NCBI GenBank assembly: GCA_021432655.1
Contig: MU271619.1
Coordinates: 1 to 38,655 of the forward strand
Length of the DNA stretch: 38,655 bases
Origin: Atractiella rhizophila
Taxonomy: Eukaryota
Direction: 5' to 3'
Below are positions 21,931 through 33,390 of the stretch, piece after piece. A program made the translations under genes and the position numbers. A model generated the notes under the pieces. That model did not search any database and was not told where the DNA came from. It worked only from the letters and a program-made list of their open reading frames with translations. Position 1 is the first letter of the stretch; each line of letters begins with the position of its first letter.

Positions 21931-24584
21931 TCAGGATTCGAGGAAGAAGTATTGACCAGAAGCTAATAAAGTCATCTTAGCTCACAATAACATCAAGGGA
22001 ATGAGAGACAAACCTTTCTGCTCCTTGTCCTTCATGGAATCGTGCTTGTTAATCCTAGGCCTATAGTTCGTAGGGTCCCTCCTGAAAGTAATCTCCAGTG
22101 AGCTGAGGAACTTGTTCATTCCGGACAACAAAGATTCGGGAGCATGGGCAGTGGCTTCGACGGAGGGCTGTCCGTCAAATACTATGACACGGTCGGCGAG
22201 GTAGGTAGCCATGATAAAATCGTGTTCGACAATGAAGGCAGTTTTCTTTGCATGGAGGATAAACCTTTGCGTCCATCGCGCGTCAGCTTTAGATGATAAC
22301 ACCATATATAGAAGAACAGACCTCTTGATGACCTTAGAAGCGATGATACGTTGTTCCGAATCGAGGTAAGCAGACGGTTCATCGATGAGGTAGACATCAG
22401 CTGGGTGTCCAAGACACAAGACGATAGCAACACGCTGAAGTTCTCCACCAGACAGAGTTTGGACTTCCTGATCGAGGAGATCTTCAATCGCCATCGGCTT
22501 GAGGACGTCCGTGTTGAATTGAGCGTGCATAAACATCGTCCTGATCCTCTTCAGCAACAATTGCCTAACCGTACCAGGGAACTTAGGGGCAATCGTTTGA
22601 GGCTTGATGGAACGCGACAGAGTAGGCACTTGAGCTTTGTTGTCCGATTCAAGCTTGCCGGAGAGAAGATGAACAAAGGTAGTTTTTCCTATCCAACACA
22701 ATGACCTCAGAACCCCTTCTACCAAATTGAGTGGGAAGCTCACCTGTCCCATTTTCTCCAAGAAGAACGATGATCTCGCTATCCGTGAAGTCTCCTGCTT
22801 CAATATGAAGCTTGAAGTCTCCTTGAGTCTTTTCGATTGCTGGATACTTGATCTTCCTCGTTTTCTCAATTGTCACCTCATCTGCCGTTTCTGCTAGCTT
22901 GAAATGCAGAGATTCCTGCCTAAACCTCAAGTTCTCCGAAGGAATCATTCCTTCCAAGACTGTGCCCAGGTAGTGTTGTATCAGCTACAATCTTCCACTT
23001 TCAAATTATAGAGACGAACAGGAGTTGATTCCTTCCCTGACAGTAGCGGGATACGTGACCACACCGTACACACCGGGCATACCGTAGAGCGTGCAGATGA
23101 AGTCGGAGAGGTAGTCAAGAACGGAAAGATCGTGCTCGACAGCGATAACATAACAGTCAGGTGTGAGGAGCGATCGAATGACACGAGCCGCGTTGAGACG
23201 TTGTTTGACGTCGAGGTAAGAGGAAGGCTCGTCAAACATATATCTTGATCGGAGCGAATCAGCACACAAAAACAACAACGAAATGGGAAGAACACTCACA
23301 TGTCCGCTTTCTGCACGCAGCTCAATGCCAACGCAAACCTCTGTAGCTCTCCTCCGGACAGCTGGCTGGGCTGTCTGTCGAGGACGACTCTGAGATCGAG
23401 CATATCGAGAATCTCATCATACTTGTCCTTCCTTTCAAGCCTCGCCTCCAAAAGTTCCTTCACGGTTTGCGTCCCTTTAATAGCTCTGGGGATCTGATCC
23501 ACGTATTGGGGTTTCATTATCGGCTTCAAGTTGTCCTCGAGCACCTTTGTGAAGTAATTTTGCAGCTCAGAGCCACGGAAGTATTTGAGGATGTCGGTCC
23601 AATCTGGGGGGTCCTAGCATCCATATCGTCCTTCAGCGGCTTCCTACCTGTTAGGACGGAAAACATACATCGTACCGTCCCAAATTCGGTTTCAGTTTGC
23701 CGCTCAAAATCTTCAATGCCGTACTCTTTCCTATACCGTTAGCTCCAACGAGACCCAAAACTTGACCAGGACGAGGAGTAGGGAGACGATGAAGTTTGAA
23801 AGCGTTGGCGGCATATCGATGGGTGACCTCCTTCTCTAGGTTCGTTGGGAGATTGATGATCTGGATTGCTTCGAAAGGACACTTCTTTGGGCAAATACCG
23901 CAACCGATACAGAGCTCCTCAGAGATGAATGCGATCTTCGAGGACGGGTCCACTTCGATACAGAGTTTTCCTAGAAAAGAATTAGCGATCACATACTTGA
24001 AGGGCATTTGTTTGTATATTGGTCATGTGCATCAAGAAGGATGGAGACACAGGTAATATCTTTTCTTCGTTTATTGTTGTAAACGTTCCATTAATGCTCA
24101 TAAGAGCGTTTCAGTCTAATTACTCATCGATGGTGAGAGAAATAAAATGTTGAGTCCAACAAAGTTTCGCCGCATGCCACGACTCGAATCACGACTGAAT
24201 GCCTACTGTTAGGCACCAAGAATATGATGGGATAAAACTTTCTTATGCACTCCAGATTCAAACAAAAATGTATGGAGTTAGGATATTCCCAGATAGGGGC
24301 CATATGTCACTCTCAGGAACACTTCTCGCGAGTCCCGTTCATTGTGCAGCAAATCGACCACTCACCAGTTCTCACCACGGGACAACTCTTCTTGCACTCC
24401 TGCCTACACTCTTTATATACCAGCCAAACAACAATCGAACGCAACAATCGCACAATCGGCACAATATCGAATCAAAATCAAGGCATGTCGTCAGCACCTC
24501 AGCTGGCCACTGAGTAATGAACGCACTCTTTGGCTTGCACCTGTCAGGATTGACGATGGCGATCCTAGTGAGTTTATCTGACAT
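21931..24584 (-). CDS. RLI1: ABCE1/Rli1 Fe-S ATPase, ribosome recycling factor
   Basis: [50 protein letters not shown] 4Fe-4S motif; Walker [10 protein letters not shown] and GENGTGKTT; two LSGGELQR signatures; DEPS motifs; ends SGQYFFLES*. Confidence 0.98.
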
Positions 24585-25037
24585 CTTAGCTATCTATCTG
24601 CTGGAGAGGGACTAAGAAGGGTTTGGGAGAGGAATGAGTAGAACTTTCGTCGTTTTGATCAGTGAAAGATTGTTGCGATCAGAAATTTGTGTACGCACCA
24701 TGAGCGTACGCAAGGTTTTTGATAAACAACGAGCCATGATTGGCTCAAGTGGAGAAAGGAGGATCGTTCAATGTGCATCCTAGTGTTCATGGAGAGGAAA
24801 GTGCTGGGAGGAATGAGATTTTTCCCTGGGCCGGAACGGACTGCAAGGTTGCAGTAACGATATTTCAGCGGCCTCAAGTGAATTCGAGGGCAAAAGCCTC
24901 CTCGTTGTGTCTATCGTGGTGACGAATACGAATGCCCTTTCACGCGATAGCTCCGATCTGCGCGACCCCCTCATGATGGTCAGCATCCCTTTTGCTTTCC
25001 AGCTCGCGATCAGCGGCAACACTTACACTTCAAGTAG

Positions 25038-25802
25038 ATTACGCCAGCGACAATCTTAATCAACAGTTCCTCGTCATCGAGTCGTGCTCAGAAGGTCCCC
25101 TTCAGCTTTTAGAAGGGAGTCGAAGCCAACCTTTCAAGTCTCCGAACGAGGTGATTACAGCGACATTCACGTCAATGTTGTCCTGGATCACCTCTCATTC
25201 CCAACGTCTGCAACTTGCGTTGGAGTCCTGCAACCAGCACCAATTTTGACTCAGCCCTCATTCCCTCCGCCTCTGTTCTATCGCACAAGGAACGGCATGG
25301 TAAGGAAGTGCAGCATCTCCTCCATTCATGCCGCACGCAATCGGATATCCACGGCAGGCAGAAAGGTACAAGAATTAAGCTAACTTCAAAAAGGGTCTCT
25401 TCAACCAACCGCTATTCCGCCTGGTTTAATTATCGGGTCTTGCCGGCTTCATTCAAAATGATTGGTTTTTCACAGGATGAACCAGTGAAAGATAGAAAGG
25501 GTAAATAGGGAAGAGATGTTCCCCAAAGCCGAAATGGATTGTGACCACTGACTTGCGCCTCTTGTGTGTATGTCAACTAGGATGTTCAGGAGGTTCAAAG
25601 TACCATGAATTTGACACTGGACCTCTCACATTCGAATGATCTTTCAGCAGGAAGTCGAGGTACTCAGGGCAAAGTTGGAGAACTTGTCACTTTTGGAAAG
25701 ACCTCAAGAAGGATCTAGACTTCTCGAGAGCGAATACAATCCACCTGCGCACGTTAATTGGAGCCGAAAAAACCTGAGATTCGAAGAGTGCGGCGCTGGT
25801 GA
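25038..25802 (+). pseudogene. Pseudogene of the same unrecognised family as 2420-4083 (copy B)
   Basis: DYASDNLNQQFLVIESCS matches DEFSDNLTKQFLIIETCS; QDEPVKDRKGK* matches QDESAKERLGKW; ends PEIRRVRRW*. In-frame stops at 25506 and 25542 where copy A has TGG, plus frameshifts. Confidence 0.7.
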
Positions 25803-27480
25803 TTTTGGCAGGGAAGCCTTGCTATTGTCTATTTGGATCAATTGTCGAGGTCAAGTTACACTTCGCAGTCTACATACTCTTGAAGTAATTCTCTATATCG
25901 CCCACAGTCTCTTGCATTCAGAATCTCGTGATGGGCGACGGTCGATATACTTGGAAAGGATGCCTGGATCAAACCTAGCTTTTTAAGGTTGCCGTCGCAA
26001 ACCATTTCCCGTTCAAATAGAAATTGAAGCTTGGTCCAATTCTGACTGTGTTCTCTTTCAGTCCCTTCCTGTTGGTTGTGGGTAGGAAGAAAGGACAGGA
26101 TTAGAAGAGGGATTAGAATAATGTCAACGAGCAGAGCGGATTACATAACCGCGCCTTGATTTTCCCCTCCTTTCTTTCACCAAGTCAAGAATAAGAAAGT
26201 CTTTCTTGCTCGAGTCAGATCCAGTAGACACTGTTGAATCTTTGGAACAATTGAAGATTTCAGGTGGGCCATTTCTCCTTGTTTTTGGATGATTGATAGT
26301 TGCCACTTTGTACGAGAGCAGCGATAAGAGGGTCTTTTGACAAGTTGAAAGTGACGCGTTGCCCCTTTCACATTGTGCAAGCGAGCGTTGAAGAGGAACT
26401 CGTGCGCTAACAATAGTTGGCTAACTTTGTGCAGAGAACGCCATGACTGGGGTTATCCAGCATACCGCATACTGATACGATTGATCCTCTTCATGAAGAC
26501 ACGTCTTGGTACCTCTCGTCCATCACTTCTGATTGAGATTCACAGATTCGAGTAGGGACTAGGATGGCGACTCGTGCTCGGGATCTGAGCATCCTGAATT
26601 CGAACATCTGAGACAACAGCGGTTTCAGGGCCACCCTCGGGTCCAGGGCCTACAGCCTCAGACGATCGGAATGCTCAGAGCGTTTGAGGAGGACTCAGAT
26701 GAGGGATCCTACATGAACGGCACGGATGAAGCCATATGGCTAGAGAAAGATGAAGAAGCGAAGGCACTCTGAGCTGGTTTAGAAACTCAGGGTGGCGAAA
26801 TGAACGCGGACGAAGCTAGGATCAATAAGTGGCGGGTGATGATTGAGCCAACAGAGCCTGCCTAAGCCGACCTTTCTCCTGAGCTGTTGACCCTCTATTT
26901 CGTGTGAGAGTCCATTTCAAGGGCAGTCCACTGCGTTTTCCTTGATGCAAATTTCGATACGTTCTCTATCGGAGGACTCATTGTAAAGATTTTGATCCTA
27001 TGTGTCGCCTCTCTCCCCGTTTTGTTGCGAAATATCTCCAAAATGTATCCAGCGTCATTATTCCTTGATTTGTCTAACCGAATTTGATATTAAATGCAAT
27101 CACAAGCTTGAAGCCACCTATGTGTAAGCTTACTTGGAATCTCGCGGTTTTGGTGCTCGCCTCTGCCCATGAGCTAAGTCCTCCCTTATCCGGGAATGAA
27201 TGATACTTGTTTGGAATATTTGGGATGCTGATGTTGATTGTCTCGAATAAAGGGTAACACACTGATCATTTAACCACCGAAATTCCCCAAGGAGGGCCCC
27301 GAAAAGGAAAACGGTAAAAACGCAAAACCCCAACTCGGAAAACCGGGGTCCAATCCCCCGCCCGGAACAATTCCTTTTGGCCGGAAACAAATGAAGCAAC
27401 CAAAACCCCATCCCTTTGCCTCAATGCCTCAAAGCTCACTGCAACAGCAACGGTGAATGCAAACTGTAAATCAATAGGCC

Positions 27481-29517
27481 ATGCTGTCAAAGCACTCTAG
27501 AGACCCGAAACGAGTAGTAATCCACCTGGATCTAGACAATTTCTATGTCGTTCGTCCTACCAGCACCTAACACAGAATGTCTCTTTACCATTAACAAGGC
27601 GTGCGAACGTGTTCTGAACCCTGTGCTCGTGGGGAAGCCTGTGGGTATAAAACAGAAGGCGATATTGGCGACCTGCAGTTATGAAGCTCGCGAGCGAGGG
27701 GTCAAGAAGTGCGTCTGCCCTTTTTTAGGAGGAAAACCTCTGAGATATTTCCCTTGAATAGGCTCAGCAGGGTCAGAGATGCGCTTGAGTTGTGTCCAGA
27801 CATCATTTTGGTCAATGGGGAGGTAAGCACCGTTTCACGCTCACCGCCCACTAAGAGCTGTGTAGGACCTTACGAACTACCGCCGCTTCTCGCTACGCAT
27901 ACGACAACATGTCAAATCCATGCTACCTCCTTTGACCCCAGTCGAGAAACTTGGTCTGGACGAGCTGTTTATCGACGTTTCTTCAGTTCCGGGAATCACT
28001 ACCCCAACCACCGCGGCGACTTTAGCCCAATCTATCAAAGACTCCATTAAGGAGACAATTGGCTTCACTTCTACTATAGGGATAGGAAGAAATAAGTTGA
28101 TTGCAAAGTTGTCTGGAGAAGGGGGGAAACGGCCAGACGGGTTGACTGTCTGGGATGCGGAAGAAGGCGAGAATGAAACGAGAGATTGGCTCGGGAAAAT
28201 TGAAGTTCGCAAGTGAGCAGCTACTTTTCTATGTAATACCTGTTGACGAATCATCACATAGAATTCCTGGCTTCGGACACAAAACTGTGCAGACCCTGAT
28301 GGAAACCATAACAGCGAACAGATCCACTCCTCCTCCCAATCCGCTCCATGTCTCCGACGTCGTCTCTTTGCTTCCTCCATCTCGCTTTCCTCCTTCCCTC
28401 CAATCTCTGGGTGCACTCCTACAAGGATTCGATCACACTCCAGTGACGATGACTCCGCGCTATCCTTCGGTCCTATCAATCGAAGACTCCTATCGCAATC
28501 TGTCGCCTTCTTCCCTTCAGGTAGAAGTGACAAAACACCTCGAATCTGTCATCAGGAGGATGGAAGAAGAGCTAACTTCGGAAGATGGAAAGACATGGGA
28601 GATGTGGCCAAGGACTGTCAAGGTCACCTTGCTCTGGAATGGTGGAAACGGGAGGGAAAGTAAGGGTGCGAGATTGGGAATCGAGGTGTTTGACAAGGAA
28701 AGACCGTTAAGCGAACGAGCCGAGCTAGTGTGGAAATCAACCCTGAAAAGAGTCGTTGAAGGTATGACGAAGGGGAAGGAGAAGGAATCCCTGGTCATGT
28801 ACGTTGATCTCTTGTTGTGCCGCGCTAATTCAAGCATAGTATCAACGTCGCCGTCACGGATTTGACAAAGGAATGTCCCGGACGAGGCATACAAAGCTTG
28901 CTTGCGCATCCTCCCCCAGCCAAAGTGAAGGCGGAACCGTCAAGCACCACCATAGACTTTGAGATGCTGAAAGAGCTCCCGAAGGAGATACAAGACGAGT
29001 TGATCAAGGAACATGGTATAAAGAAACGAGATTTAGGTGAGTCCTTAGTCCATGCATTGATATGCATTGATATTCAGACACATTGCAACAACAGAGAAAA
29101 GTGGGATCGTCACAGAAGAACGAACATCGAAACGGCGGAAGAAAGACGTCCGGGACTTTTTTGCGCCGAAGGTCTCTCAGAATATTAGCAAGCCAAAAGA
29201 GAAGGTGGATCTGCAAATGCTTAAGGAGTTACCAAAGTCAATGCGGAAGGAGATGATGCATCAATACGGCATCAGTCAAGATGACCTTGGTTTGTCCTCC
29301 CCTTTTCCCAGTATGTACATTATTAATTGCAGAGATAGACTCTTTTGAAGAGAAGAATCATGAACAAGCTGATGACCAAGTGCCGCAAGCTGAGGAGGAT
29401 CCTGCACTACCTGAGATTGTGGAGAACGAAGGAGAGCTGACTTGTTCCCGTTGTAACGCTACTGTTCTCCCCTTTGCTGTTGATGCTCATTTAGCATATC
29501 ATTTGGAAAGATGTTAA
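27481..29517 (+). CDS. POLI: Y-family translesion DNA polymerase, Pol iota-like, multi-exon
   Basis: VIHLDLDNFY; KPVGIKQKAILATCSYEARERGVKK; LCPDIILVNGEDLT (iota-type); LGLDELFID; GIGRNKLIAKL; IPGFGHKT. The C-terminus has two UBM-like repeats and a CxxC...HxxxH finger. Confidence 0.88.
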
Positions 29518-29911
29518 GCACCATTGAACGTGTTACCACAGCCTACCAGACTTCCAAGTCCCAGTCCTTCCTCCTCAAAAGTATACACAATCTGGATAAC
29601 GTGTTCAAGACTACAAAGGATGATTGCTGATGGTGTTTGAAGGTAAGTAGTGAAGGCTGTCCTTAATGTTGACAATTGTCGTCGAGGCAGGACTTGAAGT
29701 CTAAAGGTGCAGTTCCATCCTCCTCCAAGTGAAAATAACTCGATAACAGGCTCTCGTTCTCGAGGCAAAGGGACGCGAATGAGAGATTGATATTCCACGT
29801 GCAAAACTGATCCATTCTCTTGACTGTTTCTTTTATTTTGCGTATACATAAAGGAAGCACACTTAAAACACCTCGACAGCGCAAAAGAGAGTCCGTAAGC
29901 TTCTGAACTGT

Positions 29912-32900
29912 TCAGAGCTTCGCTTTTGTTGCGCCTCTGGCTTCGAAAACTTTGTTGATAGCTCCCCTGGCATCTTCGACGATTGAAGCATCTTCAATTG
30001 TAGGGGGGAACGGTGCTGGTTTATGATATTCCCCAACGGAGGCATTCTCTACCAAAGTGCGAATAGTTCGACGGAGGGTCTTCCCTGATCTCGTTTTCGG
30101 CAACCGAGATACTGCAATCCCGCCTAGAGTTGCTATGGATCCAATATCTTTCGTTACAGGTTAGTAACAAATACTATACTATCATAAAATTCGCGCACCT
30201 TTTCGGATGTGAACATTGATTGCGTCCATCATTTTCTTGACATCTGCGTGTTCTGCAACGTCTGTATGCGACGGGGTCACCAGTGCAAAAGGGACATGTC
30301 CTTTGACGCTGTCAGGTGCTCCAACGACGCAACATTCTGCGATGAGCGGATGCCCGACAATGACTTGCTCAAGTAAACCTGTGGAGAGTCGATGACCAGC
30401 AACGCTGTGCGCGGTCACGTCAGTACATGCAAACCAGAGGACACGACGAACTGACTTGATGATATCGTCTGCCCTACTGAGCACATGTACGTAGCCATCA
30501 TCATCTTTCATTCCAGCATCCCCAGTGTCGAACCAACCGCCTTTACCCTCAAACCGAGCCCAATATGCGCTTCATTCCAGATTAATACAGAGCGCCCATA
30601 CAAATGGAGGAAAACGTACTCGTGAAATTTCTTGGGGTCCTCCCAGATAGTCACGAGTGCGCTAGGAGCAAGTGGGGGAGCGAGAACGATGTTACCCATC
30701 TCACCCCTTCCCACTTCTTTCCCGTCGTCATCTACGATGCGCACGTCCATTCCAGGCAAGGGTAATCCAGCGCTACCAGGGCGGGGACGCAATGATTTGA
30801 AAGTTTCAGAGAGCATGACGGCTGTGATTGGACTACCGCTCTCGGTTGACCAATAACTAGAGCAACAATGAGTACGGTTCTGAGGTGTATAAAAAGAAGG
30901 TGTACTTGTCGTTCACAACAGCTCCAGGCGCTCCCAGTTCGCCCAACAACTCTTGATACCGACTGACAATACCGGGCTCGGATCGTTCACCAGCGAGAAA
31001 GAGTGAACGAAGGCTTCGAATGTTGTGCTTCTTCATCAAGTCAGCCTCCGGATCTTCTCTTCTAATAGCTCGGAGCGCTGTTGGAGCAGTGAAGAGGCAG
31101 GAAACGCGATATCGCGAAACAACTGGAAGGACGCGCAGTCAGGAACAGAACACTGTGCGGATGATGAAGAAAACTCGCTTTGCCAGAAGATGCCTGCGTC
31201 CGGAAGAATGGGCTTTCCTTCAAAGATCACGCTGGTCGCTCCCAAAAGCAGCGGTGCATAGATAATACTGCAACTAAATTAGGGCTTGTACACTGATGAA
31301 AGATATGTGATGCGTACTAGGAATGGCCGACAACCCAACCGCAGTCCGAGAAGCAAGCGATGGTATCGTTCTTTCTCAATCCAAAAGTATGTTCCATCGA
31401 ATAACGAAGAGCGACAGCATGGCCACCATTGTCCCTCACGACTCCCTTCGGCATACCTGACATAAATCAGATATGAATCGTCAATAGAGATAGAGGCCTA
31501 CCAGTGGTTCCAGAGGTGTAGAGAATGTACAATGGATCTTTGCTCGAAACCCATTCAGGCTCTTGAACAAGTTTCCCCTCCTTCCTCACCGTATTAACTT
31601 CAACATTCCAATCCCTCTCCCGTTCCCTCAGTTGCACCGATTTCTTGATTCCCTCCACTCCCTTCTTAACCACATCCGTCGCATTAGTAAAATCCGCAAT
31701 TTCCCGTCTCAAAATCACACATTCCGGATGTACCTTTCCACCACTCTCCTTCTTAACAATGTCAATAGCTTCTCCGAGAAGAGCATGGTAGTCGATGAGA
31801 CCCTTCGGTTCTATTCCAAAGGAGGCCGAGAGGATCACCTTCGGTCGAGAGGAGAGGATGCGCTTGGCGAGTTCTGGAGGCGCGAATCCACCAAAGACGA
31901 CGGAGTGTATCGCGCCCAGTCGAGCGCATGCGAGCATGGAGAAGGCGGTCGCTGGGACCATGGGCATGTAGATGACGACTCTGTCGCCCTTCTGCACGTT
32001 CAGACGATGACGGAGCACTCCGGCGAGCGTCTTGACTTCGTCCAGCACCTACTTTTCTCTTCAGCGAAGGAAGAAGCTGTTGTAATGATGGAGAGGCGAA
32101 CCTGTCCGTAGGAGATGCTTTCCCATTTTCCGAGAAAGGGAGAAACATAGTGAAAGCATGCTTTTGAGGCTCCTTCGGGGGTGGAGCAATGTCGATCTAA
32201 GCAGTTGTAGCTCGTGTTGAGAATGCCATCGGGAAACCAAGTGCCCTGAATTTGAGCAGGAGGTTAGTACTCAACTGGAGATGATAATGTGTAAACAACT
32301 GCTTCACATTCAACAGTGTTCTTGCGAAATATTCCGAGTGACCACCTGTAAGTCCTCACACCTGCATCCTTCCTACTTCGATAATAAACTAGAGTTATGA
32401 TTGCTAGATACAGGTAAATAACTTCGCGACATCATCTTCTCTTTCGAGCCGCAGGTTCAGTTCAGGCGATACATCGACGATAACATTCAACCAGATCACA
32501 CTTCATCAACTTCCTAGACGCAAACACAGAGAGATTCGAGTTGGGATGTGAACTCCGTGGGTGTATTATCTCGAAGACGAGCCTTCGCTTAATCATGAAG
32601 ACGACTTTCAATCTTGCCGCTCATAGACCTCATTTCGTTGTAATGTCTTTGAGGCAAGTTACCACATTTATGAGGACGACCATTCACAACTATGTAACAG
32701 ACATGTGCGATACAAAGAAGCTACAGTTGCTTCTTTTGCTGGTAATTCGAAACGTAGAATAACAGTGAACAGGACAATACACCTAGAGACCAAACGGTGG
32801 TGGATCTCTCATTGCAGAGACGCCGCGAGCAACTCTCCACACTACAAACACAACACTGCCACTCTCGCTCCAACAACACAGCAACAAAACGGTCAGGAAA

Positions 32901-33056
32901 TGGACACACCTTCTCCCAAGCCCTCCTCGGCTCCCTTTTCCACTCCAACATCTTACTAGCCTCCATCCAGAACGCCTCCCCGCCATCCTTCTCCCTCCCT
33001 CCAACCAACGAGCTCTCGTGAATGCGCACCTGCTGGTGCTGCGTCTGCGTGGACAT
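29912..33056 (-). CDS. Short-chain acyl-CoA synthetase (propionate-CoA ligase/ACSS3-like) with C-terminal PTS1
   Basis: WFPDGILNTSYNCLDRH; CARLGAIHSVVFGGFA; YILYTSGTTG AMP-binding motif; LFLAGER; YWSTESG; FDTGDAG; RADDIINVAGHRLSTG; LPKTRSGK; ends AKL*. Confidence 0.93.
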
Positions 33057-33390
33057 CGTTCTCCCGACTTGAACTATGCTTCTTGGGTACAATAGTCTCT
33101 TCAGGAAGGTGGCCAGCTTGGCTCTTGAGAGTATCGAGTGTCGAACAGACAGGTACTCGCGAAGGAAGTATTGTGGAAGTGACAGAGGCGAGGCAGAAAG
33201 CGGGGTAACTGAGTTCGGCCCTTTCATTGGCGATTGGGCTAATTTGAAATGCGATCCAGCAAAAAGCAATCGAAGCCGCGAACCAGAACGTCGCTGTTCG
33301 GCCTCCAATTAACATCTTAGATCTACGTGTCCAGCACTTCCCACGACCTTTCTCTTCTTCCGAGCAACCCACCAATCAGTAAGCACCAAC
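33057..33390. promoter_or_regulatory. Divergent promoter region between the acyl-CoA synthetase and CRAL-TRIO genes
   Basis: 334 nt between opposite ATGs; contains ATTGG/CCAAT motifs (about 33226, 33306, 33372). Confidence 0.45.

Noticed and set aside
24105..24135. CGATGAG...CTGAAAC in the RLI1 intron, resembling a hammerhead ribozyme core
   Set aside because: It deviates from CUGANGA/GAAA and the required stems are absent.
29514..29849. 111-aa minus-strand ORF between convergent genes
   Set aside because: It falls in the expected 3' UTR region of both neighbours and has no recognisable motif.
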